Part shown: piece after piece, positions 18,028-25,905 of the stretch | How the letters are laid out: each line of letters starts with the position of its first letter | Numbering within the stretch: position 1 is the stretch's first letter | IMG/VR virus record: IMGVR_UViG_3300048851_000022 | Span: 1 to 48,072 of that record | Strand: one strand, 5' to 3' | Length of the DNA stretch: 48,072 nt | Origin: a virus | Lineage: Duplodnaviria; Caudoviricetes | Program-made: the position numbers and the translations under genes | Notes under the pieces: generated by a model | The model's database searches: none | What the model was told of the DNA's origin: nothing | The model's input: only the letters and a program-made list of their open reading frames with translations

Positions 18028-18619
18028 CCGGTTCATCCGTCGAGCAGCGCGCCGGGTCCACGCCAACTACTCCGAGTTCATCGAGCTTGAGGACTTGGTG
18101 CAGGAGGGTGCGATCTGGGCGCTGCACAACGAGGCCACGATCGAGCGGCTGCTGGGCGGGCCGGTGCTCTCACCGGCTCGCTTCATGGCCACGGTCATGG
18201 CTCGGATGGACAGCGTGGCGATGGACGCCAAGGCCATCGTCAGCGGCTACGAGGAGAGCGCCCTCTACCTGGACCGGATGGTCGTGGTGGAGCTGGCGCT
18301 GACCCAGCTCTTCAACGAGGTGGGGGAGCAGGACCACCCCGAGGGCTGGGCCAGCGTGCTCGACGACGTTCAGCGGGCCTGGAAGGCCGCAGGGCTGGAC
18401 GAGAGCACCCAGTGGGTCCTCGGGGCCAGGTACGCCGCGATCATGCCGGAGAGAGCCACCGGTGACCTCCTGGGCCTATCGAAGACCACCGTCCACCGCA
18501 GGGTCCGTCAGGGCCTGCTCGCGGTGGCCAAGCAGTTGACCACCACCACAGACCTGCTCCGCAAGGGCGGCTGCTACATCGACGCCCCCCATCGGGGCGT
18601 CTTTCCGGAGGAACCGTGA
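18011..18619 (+). CDS. Divergent sigma-factor-like HTH protein
   Basis: ELEDLVQEGAIWAL (region 2.2-like) and C-terminal HTH ERATGDLLGLSKTTVHRRVRQGL. Confidence 0.6.
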   Translation: MTTVADRFIRRAARRVHANYSEFIELEDLVQEGAIWALHNEATIERLLGGPVLSPARFMATVMARMDSVAMDAKAIVSGYEESALYLDRMVVVELALTQLFNEVGEQDHPEGWASVLDDVQRAWKAAGLDESTQWVLGARYAAIMPERATGDLLGLSKTTVHRRVRQGLLAVAKQLTTTTDLLRKGGCYIDAPHRGVFPEEP

Positions 18620-18831
18620 AGCTCACCCTGTCTGCACCGGCCCTGTGGCCGCTGTGCATCCTGACCACGATCGTGTTCGTGGTGCTGCGACTGACCGACC
18701 ACATCGGCTGGCCCTGGGTCTGGGTCCTGTCCCCGCTCTGGATCGGCGTCGGCCTGATCTGCGTGGTCATCGCCTGCGTCATCGGGTTCGTCGCGTCGGC
18801 ACCGAGCAAGCTCCGCTGGCGGCTCTCGTGA
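18616..18831 (+). CDS. Small membrane protein
   Basis: TIVFVVLRLTDHIGWPWVWVLSPLWI pattern; two TM segments. Confidence 0.7.
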   Translation: MKLTLSAPALWPLCILTTIVFVVLRLTDHIGWPWVWVLSPLWIGVGLICVVIACVIGFVASAPSKLRWRLS

Positions 18832-19094
18832 GCGAGCCCCTGACTCCTTCCGAGAAGGAGATGGAGTGGTACGAGTCCCAGTGGTGGGAGGAGGCCCAGA
18901 ACGCAGCCGAGGAGGCCGAGGGCCTCGTGCACTTCCTGGGTGACTTCATCGACCACTACGCCAAGGTCGTCCGGGTCAGCCGGTTCACCGACCAGGCGGT
19001 CGAGCGGCTCTCCGCTCTGCACCAGGTGCGCGAGTCCCTGGTCCACGCCTGGGGTCTGAACCCTGCGTTCACCGGCAAGGGTCAGCCCTACTAG
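18828..19094 (+). CDS. Hypothetical protein
   Basis: GTGA overlap; MSEPLTPSEKEMEWY... Confidence 0.6.
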   Translation: MSEPLTPSEKEMEWYESQWWEEAQNAAEEAEGLVHFLGDFIDHYAKVVRVSRFTDQAVERLSALHQVRESLVHAWGLNPAFTGKGQPY

Positions 19095-19882
19095 CCGAAG
19101 ACGACCGTCCTGCGGTCCTCTGCCAGCCAGATCGGCTGGCCGTGATGTCTGGTGGCCTGGATGGCCTGCCAGAGGCTCTCGCGGCCAGCCAGGGGCAGAT
19201 CAGCGGGCCTCCTGATCCGTCGCACCACCGGCACACCAGCCACCAGCAACTGAGGAGAGTCGTGGACCGCCCTGACTGGGACCACTGGGCGATCGGCGTC
19301 GCCCAGGCTGTCGCTCTGCGCAGCGACTGCCTCCGCAGCAAGGTCGGTGCGGTGATCCTGGACCGCGAGCAGCGTGTCGTCAGCGTCGGCTACAACGGCT
19401 ACCCCAGCGGGAAGGCCGCTTGCGGCAGCCAGCAGGGCTGTCCCCGTGGCCGTACCTCGGTGGAACTTCTGCCCCACGGGAGCTCGTACACCAGTCCGGG
19501 GATCGGGCGCTGTCGGGCAATCCATGCCGAATCGAACGCCGTCCTCTACTCGGACCCGCTCCGCAGGCACACGCTCTACGTCACGCGGGAGCCGTGTGAT
19601 GGGTGCTGGGACCTTCTTGCGGGCGCGGGCCTTGCGCGCGTCTGCTGGCTGGGTTCGTCGGGTTTTCTCAGTGACCACCTCTTCGTCAGCGGGTATCAGT
19701 CCCCGCTTGCGTAGGTCTCGGATCGCACCGGTCACCGAATGCTCGCCGTTGGTCATGTTGTACCCGGCGACATGCTTCTCGCCCCGGTACACGTCGCACC
19801 CGTTCCGCCCGGGGATGATCTCTAGCCCCAGGTCCTTGACCGCAGCCTGTAGCTCGCGCGCCGCCTTCTTGAAGCTGCTCAC
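19091..19882 (-). CDS. Protein with an N-terminal ~63-aa HicA/dsRBD-like domain; the rest overlaps the deaminase antisense
   Basis: GAGGAG RBS before GTG. MSSFKKAARELQAAVKDLGLEI...SVTGAIRDLRKRGL has an alpha-beta3-alpha pattern. C-terminal extension doubtful. Confidence 0.45.
   Translation of the reverse strand: MSSFKKAARELQAAVKDLGLEIIPGRNGCDVYRGEKHVAGYNMTNGEHSVTGAIRDLRKRGLIPADEEVVTEKTRRTQPADARKARARKKVPAPITRLPRDVERVPAERVRVEDGVRFGMDCPTAPDPRTGVRAPVGQKFHRGTATGTALLAAASGLPAGVAVVADADDTLLAVQDHRTDLAAEAVAAQSDSLGDADRPVVPVRAVHDSPQLLVAGVPVVRRIRRPADLPLAGRESLWQAIQATRHHGQPIWLAEDRRTVVFG
19262..19714 (+). CDS. dCMP deaminase family protein
   Basis: SDC...KVGAVI, GYNG, HAESNA and PCDGC zinc motifs; GAGGAG RBS before GTG 19262. 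Confidence 0.85.
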   Translation: MDRPDWDHWAIGVAQAVALRSDCLRSKVGAVILDREQRVVSVGYNGYPSGKAACGSQQGCPRGRTSVELLPHGSSYTSPGIGRCRAIHAESNAVLYSDPLRRHTLYVTREPCDGCWDLLAGAGLARVCWLGSSGFLSDHLFVSGYQSPLA

Positions 19883-19949
19883 CGGTGACTCCTCGTGATC
19901 GGGTGGTCGCTCGCTCTCACGTTACCCAGTGGACGATCAGTGTGGCCGG

Positions 19950-20510
19950 GGTGGACAACAGGAGACCTGGCCCAGGCCAGTAGCCGACACCGTGTCGTCT
20001 CCCGCTGAGGTACTTGGCCCGTACCCGGCGAGGCGGGGGAGTCGGTGAGTTCTCGTCCAGTCCCCGCGTGGTCATGCAAGGCCAGGAGCTGACGCGCGCA
20101 CCTCCCTCCCCCCTTACCCCCCGGAGGGGATCTCGGAGCCCACCCGAAGCGATGGCGGTCAGCCATGCGGGCTGTGCCACTTCTGCCCGGAGGCGTGCGT
20201 GGGTTAACCCTGGCAGTTGAGTGCCGGGCAGGGTAAGGTGCGAGCTGTCTCTGAGGGCCGCCAAGCTTTTGAGACTGCTCGATCCCGGACTCCCTAGTAC
20301 CGGGACTCCCCTCTGGGGGAGCACGCTTCGGGACGACGGTGTCCCGGGGCAAACTGGGTCAGGTCAGCCCGTGTTGCCTCCTGCGTGGGTACTGGGCGTG
20401 TCGCGGGTCCTTGTCGGACTCTCCGCGTACACTCTTGAGTAGCACCTGCAGCCACCGATCCTGGTTCGTAGGTGGAAGGCCCTGGGGGTTCCAGCCCCGG
20501 GGCCTTCGTC
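19950..20510 (+). ncRNA. Candidate large structured non-coding RNA
   Basis: Nested long-range stems, at least six internal hairpins, a potential pseudoknot, G-U polarity favouring the + strand, a 3' terminator-like hairpin and no credible ORF. Confidence 0.6.
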
Positions 20511-20514
20511 TGTT
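20475..20514 (+). terminator. Terminator-like hairpin closing the ncRNA candidate
   Basis: GAAGGCCCTGGGG-GTTCCAG-CCCCGGGGCCTTC (13 bp, one U-G) followed by GTCTGTT. Confidence 0.55.
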
Positions 20515-20567
20515 CCAGGGAACCTAGCGGATCACCGGCACCCTCCGTGGGAGGTGCGTGTCGTAGC

Positions 20568-20927
20568 GTGTCGCGGGTGACCGAGATCCTCAACGACTCT
20601 CGCCAGTGGTGCGGCAAGTCCTACCCCTGGGACGACGAGGGCAAGGCCTGGACGATCAAGTCGGGGACCAAGGACGGGGACGACTGGGTCGTCATGGTGA
20701 CCCAGTTCATCTACGCGTCCGGGGTGCTGATCCGGTACGGCGACGACCTGGGTGGCTTCAACTTCTACAGCGACCGCTGGTGCTACCACCTGCCGAGCGC
20801 GGCCTTCGCTGCCGCTGAGGCCTGGGATCCGGAGACCCAGGACGAGCCCGAGGGGTGGCACCGGCACCCTCAGAGCGGGCGTCGTAGGACCAACGGTGAC
20901 CCCCGCGAGGAGTACGTGGCCCCGTGA
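20568..20927 (+). CDS. Hypothetical protein
   Basis: GGAGG upstream; Trp-rich, ending EPEGWHRHPQSGRRR; start uncertain. Confidence 0.6.
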   Translation: MSRVTEILNDSRQWCGKSYPWDDEGKAWTIKSGTKDGDDWVVMVTQFIYASGVLIRYGDDLGGFNFYSDRWCYHLPSAAFAAAEAWDPETQDEPEGWHRHPQSGRRRTNGDPREEYVAP

Positions 20928-21382
20928 CTCCCGACGAGGTGCGCTACTGCGCCGTCTGCGGGTACGTCCTGGACCACACGTTCATCGACGGGGTCCACGA
21001 GTACCTCCACCTCCACTTCCGAGGTGATGACCACCTGGCCGTGCCAGTCCTCCGCGAGGAGCTGGCCCACATCAACGAGTGCTGCGACATCTGCGAGCAG
21101 GAGCCGGTCACCCACGAGTGGCCCGCCACTGACTTCGAGCCCTACCCAGGGCTCGGTGCCGTCTCCGTGGGGGCGTGGGCGCTCTGCGTGGACTGCGCCC
21201 CGCTGGCCGCGCGGATGAAGATGGGTGCCCTCGTGACCCGGGCGATGAGGCGGAACCGCGAGCATGGTCGCCGCGATCCGCGAGTGGCGTTCGCAGAGGC
21301 CTACGAGAGGCTGGCTCAGCACGTCACCGGACCTCCGCGTCCGGTGCGGGGAGACGTGCTGCCGAGGGGGCTGAACTCGTGA
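20924..21382 (+). CDS. Cys/His-rich zinc-binding hypothetical protein
   Basis: Three CxxC pairs (CAVC, CDIC, CVDC); GTGA overlap. Confidence 0.65.
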   Translation: MTPDEVRYCAVCGYVLDHTFIDGVHEYLHLHFRGDDHLAVPVLREELAHINECCDICEQEPVTHEWPATDFEPYPGLGAVSVGAWALCVDCAPLAARMKMGALVTRAMRRNREHGRRDPRVAFAEAYERLAQHVTGPPRPVRGDVLPRGLNS

Positions 21383-21465
21383 GCTGGTACTGGTGGGTTG
21401 CCCCGGCGATCAGTCTGGCCATGCTGGGCTGGGCCTTGGTGGCCATGCGCAACTCACGGAGGTAG
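21379..21465 (+). CDS. 28-aa single-TM mini-protein
   Basis: MSWYWWVAPAISLAMLGWALVAMRNSRR; GTGA overlap. Confidence 0.5.
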   Translation: MSWYWWVAPAISLAMLGWALVAMRNSRR

Positions 21466-21506
21466 GACCACTCCCCCGGCCTTCTCAGGGGCGCATGAGT
21501 AGTCAG

Positions 21507-21713
21507 CTACTCAGTAACGATCATGGTGGGGGAGCGTCGGGCCAGCAGCTCGCGGCGGGCCTTCTTCGTGGTGGCGAACCAGGTCTTGCGGGTCCAGGGC
21601 CAGGCCGGGTCGAACCGGACGCGCCAGTCTCCCCGGCAGGCGACCCAGGTCTGACGCAGGTGCATGGCGTAGTCCCGCTCGTAGCGTCGGTCCCTCCAGA
21701 CCGGGCTGCTCAC
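21507..21713 (-). CDS. Basic Trp/Arg-rich hypothetical protein
   Basis: GTGA overlap with the upstream gene; last gene of the leftward block. Confidence 0.5.
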   Translation of the reverse strand: MSSPVWRDRRYERDYAMHLRQTWVACRGDWRVRFDPAWPWTRKTWFATTKKARRELLARRSPTMIVTE

Positions 21714-22183
21714 ACCGACCACTCGGGACGTTGCTGACCCTTGCGCCGGTAGACGACGTGCTCACCGTCAGGCCCCCTCAGAGGGGCCTCGGCTGCGACG
21801 GACACCGGAGTTCCGCTCGGGTCCTTGGGGCAGCCCACTCGGTGGCCGCTGACCATGTGGCAGACCTGGCACTCGTCCGGGTCGGGTGCGAAGGCGGCGT
21901 CGTCGTCGGGGTCCACGCGGCCTGCGGTCTCGGCCTCGGCGTCCAGCTCGCGGCTCACGAGGAAGTCCCGGCGAGGTGCCAGCACGGCCGCAGCGTTGCG
22001 ACCGGCGAGGTCGAACATCCGGTCTTCGACCTCGTCCAGGGCGGCGCTCAGCTCCCGGAGGTAGTACTCCATGTCGTGCCTGACGGCCTCGTCCAGGTAG
22101 CCCCGGCCCCTCCACTTCTCGATGTCCACCGCGATGAACACGAGGAGCTGGCGGATCCTCTCGGAACCCTCCTTCTTGTCCAT
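21710..22183 (-). CDS. Hypothetical protein with a CxxC-x4-H-x3-C motif
   Basis: GAGGAG RBS before ATG 22183; CQVCHMVSGHRVGC. Confidence 0.65.
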   Translation of the reverse strand: MDKKEGSERIRQLLVFIAVDIEKWRGRGYLDEAVRHDMEYYLRELSAALDEVEDRMFDLAGRNAAAVLAPRRDFLVSRELDAEAETAGRVDPDDDAAFAPDPDECQVCHMVSGHRVGCPKDPSGTPVSVAAEAPLRGPDGEHVVYRRKGQQRPEWSV

Positions 22184-22355
22184 GCCCCGACTCCTCTTCT
22201 GCTTGACTGACCAGGTGGCGAGACTCCCCACCCCCCGGGGGGCGGATGGGCAGAGGAGCCCCGCCATGAGCGGGACGGAGAACCGTCAGGGGTCGAGATT
22301 CCGGTTCCCCGTCCCGCCCCCTGAGCCTATCGGTTCTGTGGGGTGTGTGCCGAGG

Positions 22356-22904
22356 TCACGCGAGGATGAGCCGCAACTCTCTGGCCGCGCCCTTGAACAG
22401 CTTGTCCACGTTCTGCGGGGTGCAGCCCATGCGGGCTGCGATCTCGGTTCGGGACTCCCCCGCGAGTTTCCCGAGGATCACCTCGGCCTGGCGCTCAGGG
22501 AAGGTCCGCGCGAGTTTGCGCAGCCACTCCCCCTCCTCGTGCTCGATCACCTCGTCCTCGGCTGAGACGGTGCTGCCCATCGCGTGGTTGATCATGGCCT
22601 GCTGGCCAGGAGACATGTCCGCGTCCATCCATGCGGAGATCTCCGGCTCGCGCCGGTGACCGGCAGCGCCACTCTCACGGTGGGCCAGCGACTTGTCCTC
22701 CACCACGACGGCGAGGATCCGGCGCTTGATGATGTAGCTGGCGACTCCCTTGAGGTCGTCCCCCGGCTTCTTCACGGTGGCCTTCCACAGGGCGATGTTC
22801 GCTTCCTGCATGAGGTCTTCGAGCGGCCACCGATCCGTGCGGTACTGCTGCGCCAGGCGGCGCACCAGGCCCCGGTGGCTGGCGATGACCTCTTCGGGAG
22901 TCAC
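22356..22904 (-). CDS. Sigma-70 family (ECF/SigH-like) sigma factor
   Basis: HRGLVRRLAQQY...EDLMQEANIALWKA (region 2); PERQAEVI...ESRTEIAARMGCTPQNVDKL (region 4); GTG at 22904. Confidence 0.8.
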   Translation of the reverse strand: MTPEEVIASHRGLVRRLAQQYRTDRWPLEDLMQEANIALWKATVKKPGDDLKGVASYIIKRRILAVVVEDKSLAHRESGAAGHRREPEISAWMDADMSPGQQAMINHAMGSTVSAEDEVIEHEEGEWLRKLARTFPERQAEVILGKLAGESRTEIAARMGCTPQNVDKLFKGAARELRLILA

Positions 22905-23311
22905 GCTGCGTCCTGTCGTCGGGCCAGCTCGACGCGGGCCAGGTGGTCCCGCACCGTGCGTCCGATGTGCGACTTGCACGCCTCCCCTGCTGGGGAGAGG
23001 CAGCGCGGGCACTCGAACTGCAGGGTTGGTCGGGGGATGGGTTTCTTGCCGCTGTTCAGCTTGCGCTGGTCCACGTAGCCGTGCTGCTCCTTGAGCTGCT
23101 CGTGGGCCTTGACGTAGAGGCTGGCGAAGCGTTTCGGGTGGCGCTTCTTGAGCACCACTCCGGCGACGTAGGTGCGCCGGTTCGCCTTGCTCGCAGGATC
23201 CAGCTCGCGGAGTTTCTTGGTGATCTCCTTGTACTCCTGGCGGTAGATCAACCGCATGGAGCGGTTGGTCCACGAGATGGCCCGGTGCTGGATCTGAGCG
23301 GCGGTGAGCAT
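22901..23311 (-). CDS. Basic protein with a C-terminal zinc finger
   Basis: CPRC...GEAC...H..R motif. Confidence 0.65.
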   Translation of the reverse strand: MLTAAQIQHRAISWTNRSMRLIYRQEYKEITKKLRELDPASKANRRTYVAGVVLKKRHPKRFASLYVKAHEQLKEQHGYVDQRKLNSGKKPIPRPTLQFECPRCLSPAGEACKSHIGRTVRDHLARVELARRQDAA

Positions 23312-23312
23312 G

Positions 23313-23642
23313 TCAGAACGGGGTGTCCGACCACGCCTTGTAGGACTCCCAGCCGCAGGCCGCGTAGCCCGCGATGTCCACGGCTGTGTCCTGGGTCATG
23401 TTGTTCACGCCGCGTGCGACCTTGAGCAGGATCATCATCTGCGCCACGTCGGAACCCATGATGTTGTGGAACCCACGGTTCTGCCGGAAACGCAAGTAGG
23501 AACTCCACAGTTCCGCGATGCGCTCGAAGTTCTCGGTGGGGGTTCCGTAGTGGATGTTGCGGTCACCGTGGATGGCGTCGTGCGCCGTCTGCAGGATCTC
23601 GCCACGAGGCGTGACCTGTTGCGGCGCAAGCGTTTCAGACAC
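23313..23642 (-). CDS. DUF6378-like protein
   Basis: IL..A...I.GDR...YG.P..NFERIA.LWS.YL...DVA.MMILLKVAR...D..VDIAGYAAC pattern. Confidence 0.7.
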   Translation of the reverse strand: MSETLAPQQVTPRGEILQTAHDAIHGDRNIHYGTPTENFERIAELWSSYLRFRQNRGFHNIMGSDVAQMMILLKVARGVNNMTQDTAVDIAGYAACGWESYKAWSDTPF

Positions 23643-23826
23643 GTTCAGTCCTCTGTTCCTGAGTAGTTGTGTGGTACCCACCGCACATGTTGCAGTAGTA
23701 GACCCGCTGGGGTTCCCAGTCGTCCCCGCTCGGGTGGCGCGCGGCGTATCCTTCGATCTTCACGGCTCGGATCTTGGCGTCGAGCTCCGTCGTGTAGCGG
23801 AACTTGCCTGTCCTGCAGCGTTTCAT
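23635..23826 (-). CDS. Small zinc-finger protein
   Basis: C..GK.RY ... RVYYCNMCGGYHTT; GGAGG RBS. Confidence 0.65.
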   Translation of the reverse strand: MKRCRTGKFRYTTELDAKIRAVKIEGYAARHPSGDDWEPQRVYYCNMCGGYHTTTQEQRTERV

Positions 23827-24239
23827 GCGTGCCTCCTTTCACAGGGGCAGTTCGGGTGGATGCACCCAGGAGCGATCCCGGTGTCCATGTGGATGTCGAA
23901 CTTGTGCCCGCAGTCCGGACAGGGCAAGTCGATGGGTTTCGACAGGGAGAGGATGGTTTCCTTGAGTTTCGCGGCCGGGTAGACCTTCACGACACCAGCG
24001 ATGGGACCACCGAGAGTGGTCGCCGCCTTCACGGCTTCCTTGTCGGTGGAGTAGAACCCGTACGCCAGCGTCAGGTCGTCCAAGGTGGCTCCGAAGACCC
24101 ACCACGGGCGAGCCTGCAACAGCTCGTAGGACGCCTTGAGCAGGGCGTCGGCCAGCTTGTCGGCAGACTCCCAGTCCTGTTCGAGCAGAGCGGTGATCTG
24201 CTCGCGCTCGTCCTTGCGTGTGCGGATGGCCACGACCAC
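23823..24239 (-). CDS. Hypothetical protein with a C-terminal Cys cluster
   Basis: CPDCGH...H...C...C.C; strong RBS. Confidence 0.65.
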   Translation of the reverse strand: MVVAIRTRKDEREQITALLEQDWESADKLADALLKASYELLQARPWWVFGATLDDLTLAYGFYSTDKEAVKAATTLGGPIAGVVKVYPAAKLKETILSLSKPIDLPCPDCGHKFDIHMDTGIAPGCIHPNCPCERRHA

Positions 24240-24267
24240 CCCTCCCCTCGTACGCTACTCAGGAGCG

Positions 24268-24321
24268 CAACGCGCTCCCCCTCTGACGCACATCCTACAT
24301 GCACAGAGAGGGAGCACGCAA
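24268..24321 (-). repeat. Intergenic stem-loop element, copy A (operator-like motif in the loop)
   Basis: CAACGC-GCTCCCCCTCTG-loop-CAGAGAGGGAGC-ACGCAA; contains GACGCACATCCTACA at 24285. Confidence 0.8.
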
Positions 24322-24338
24322 CCCCACTGAGTGACAGC

Positions 24339-24563
24339 TCAGCTCGCCGGGCTCCCGGCGCTCGGGCGAGACGCTCGCACGTCCTGCTCGACCAGGGCCA
24401 GCCTGGTGTCGATCCCGGCCAGCTTGGCATCGACCACATCGAACCGAGCCTTGAGACGGTCCTCCGTGGCCCGCACGGTGGCCTTCATGGCCCGCCACTG
24501 CAGGCCACCCACGATCACCAGCAGACCAGCGATGATCGACAGGTCACCGAGCCCCAGCGTCAC
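24339..24563 (-). CDS. Small TM plus coiled-coil protein
   Basis: N-terminal hydrophobic helix; GTGA overlap. Confidence 0.6.
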   Translation of the reverse strand: MTLGLGDLSIIAGLLVIVGGLQWRAMKATVRATEDRLKARFDVVDAKLAGIDTRLALVEQDVRASRPSAGSPAS

Positions 24564-24739
24564 GACTCGTCCTCTGCGAGGACGTGGGCGGTCTGGCCCA
24601 CCTCCACGGTCAGCTTGTGGCTCACGACTGCGCCGTTGGGCCAGCCAGCCACGGCCAGCTCGGTCGCCATGCGGGCCTCGGCCCCCGAAGAGGCCTGAAA
24701 CGTCACGATGGCTGTGTACTCGATGGGCGAGAGCTTCAT
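24560..24739 (-). CDS. Hypothetical protein (59 aa)
   Basis: MKLSPIEYTAIVTF...; ATGA overlap; GGAGG RBS. Confidence 0.55.
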   Translation of the reverse strand: MKLSPIEYTAIVTFQASSGAEARMATELAVAGWPNGAVVSHKLTVEVGQTAHVLAEDES

Positions 24740-24825
24740 CGACCCACCCTCCCGGTCGGCTGGGAGCAGTCCATCTTGTGCTGCCCCACCATGTGGCACT
24801 GCGGGGAGCGGCTGTCCTTGGTCAT
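24736..24825 (-). CDS. 29-aa mini-protein with a C-x4-H-x3-C motif
   Basis: MTKDSRSPQCHMVGQHKMDCSQPTGRVGR; GAGGTGA RBS. Confidence 0.5.
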   Translation of the reverse strand: MTKDSRSPQCHMVGQHKMDCSQPTGRVGR

Positions 24826-24905
24826 CTCTCTCACCTCTTCTTGACTCACTGCCAGTCTGGCAGCTTGCCCCGCCCACGTCACCAGGACGTGGACGAGACG
24901 AGCGG

Positions 24906-25256
24906 TCAGTCCTGCAGCTTGAGCTGTTCGAGCAGGAACGCGGGCACGTCGGCGTTCATCCCCGTCTCGGGGTCGCAACCGATGAGCACGCAGTCCCCCA
25001 CCAGGTAGTCCCCCGGGACGCGGTACGACTGGGGCAGGAGGAACTCCCACACGGTGTCGGCGCGCTCGTTGAGCGGCAGGCCTTGGATCTTGCCCTCCTC
25101 GTTGGCGAAGAACGACACGTTGTCGTGCTCCACCGGGACGACCTGGATGTACCCGCCCACGAGCTGCTGCAGGTGCCCCAGCGCGTCCCGTTCGGTCACG
25201 TCCACGACGTGCATGGGGATCTCGATCTCGGCAGGGATCACGATGGCCTTGGTCAT
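24906..25256 (-). CDS. DUF3846-like protein
   Basis: LQQLVGGYIQVV...NEEGK..GLPLN.RA...D.LVG...L.G; AAGGAG RBS. Confidence 0.75.
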   Translation of the reverse strand: MTKAIVIPAEIEIPMHVVDVTERDALGHLQQLVGGYIQVVPVEHDNVSFFANEEGKIQGLPLNERADTVWEFLLPQSYRVPGDYLVGDCVLIGCDPETGMNADVPAFLLEQLKLQD

Positions 25257-25290
25257 GTCTCTCACTCTCCTTCTCGGTTGGCTGAGTTGC

Positions 25291-25330
25291 CAACGCACCC
25301 CCCAGGGATCCTGGGGAGCACGCAAGCGGC
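25291..25330 (-). repeat. Intergenic stem-loop element, copy B
   Basis: CAACGC-ACCCCCCAGG-GAT-CCTGGGGAGC-ACGCAAGCGG, abutting the stop codon at 25331. Confidence 0.8.
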
Positions 25331-25828
25331 TCAGAGCTCGGAGTCGTCAAACTCCTCGTCGTCCTCGTCCTCGTCGTGCAGGTGGCTGCTCGGGCAGTGG
25401 TCGTAGTCGCGGCGGGTCCAGGTGTCCCCGCAGGCCTCGCAGGTCAGCTCGTCGTACTCCCCCGCTTCGATCGCCTGCAGGACGTACGAGATGTCCTCGC
25501 GGGAGTTGGTGCCCTCGAAGAGCGCGTTCGCACCAGCGGACGGGAGACCCAGCAGGTCGCACGCAGCAGTGCTGACGTGGACCTCCTCGGTGCGCCCGAA
25601 GGCTCCGGGCATGATGACCTGGGTGACGGCGATGCTGTCCTCGTTCGGGTCCTCCTGGACCCACTTGACGCCGTTCTTCTGCGACAGCTCGACGGTCCAG
25701 CCTGCGAAGCACATGCTCGTGCCGCAGCGCCAGTGGTTCTGGTCCCACGTCTCGGGGTGCGCGTCGATCTGGTCGAGCACGCTGTCGATGAGGGGCCAGT
25801 TGGTGGTGCTGGTGGTCATGTCGTTCAC
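25331..25828 (-). CDS. Hypothetical protein with an acidic tail
   Basis: HPETWDQNHWRCGTSMCFAGW motif; AAGGAG RBS. Confidence 0.7.
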   Translation of the reverse strand: MNDMTTSTTNWPLIDSVLDQIDAHPETWDQNHWRCGTSMCFAGWTVELSQKNGVKWVQEDPNEDSIAVTQVIMPGAFGRTEEVHVSTAACDLLGLPSAGANALFEGTNSREDISYVLQAIEAGEYDELTCEACGDTWTRRDYDHCPSSHLHDEDEDDEEFDDSEL

Positions 25829-25863
25829 TCCTTCTCACGGTTTGACTCACTCGGCTGAGTGGC

Positions 25864-25905
25864 CAACGCAGCGGGCAGGAAACTCCTGCCCACCACGCAA
25901 GCGGC
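25864..25905 (-). repeat. Intergenic stem-loop element, copy C
   Basis: CAACGC-AGCGGGCAGGA-AAC-TCCTGCCCACC-ACGCAAGCGG, abutting the stop codon at 25906. Confidence 0.8.

Noticed and set aside
19950-20510. Group I/II intron, RNase P RNA, or the short ORFs called in this gap
   Set aside because: It does not interrupt a gene, lacks recognisable P7, domain V or RNase P consensus, and the ORFs lack an RBS and codon bias.
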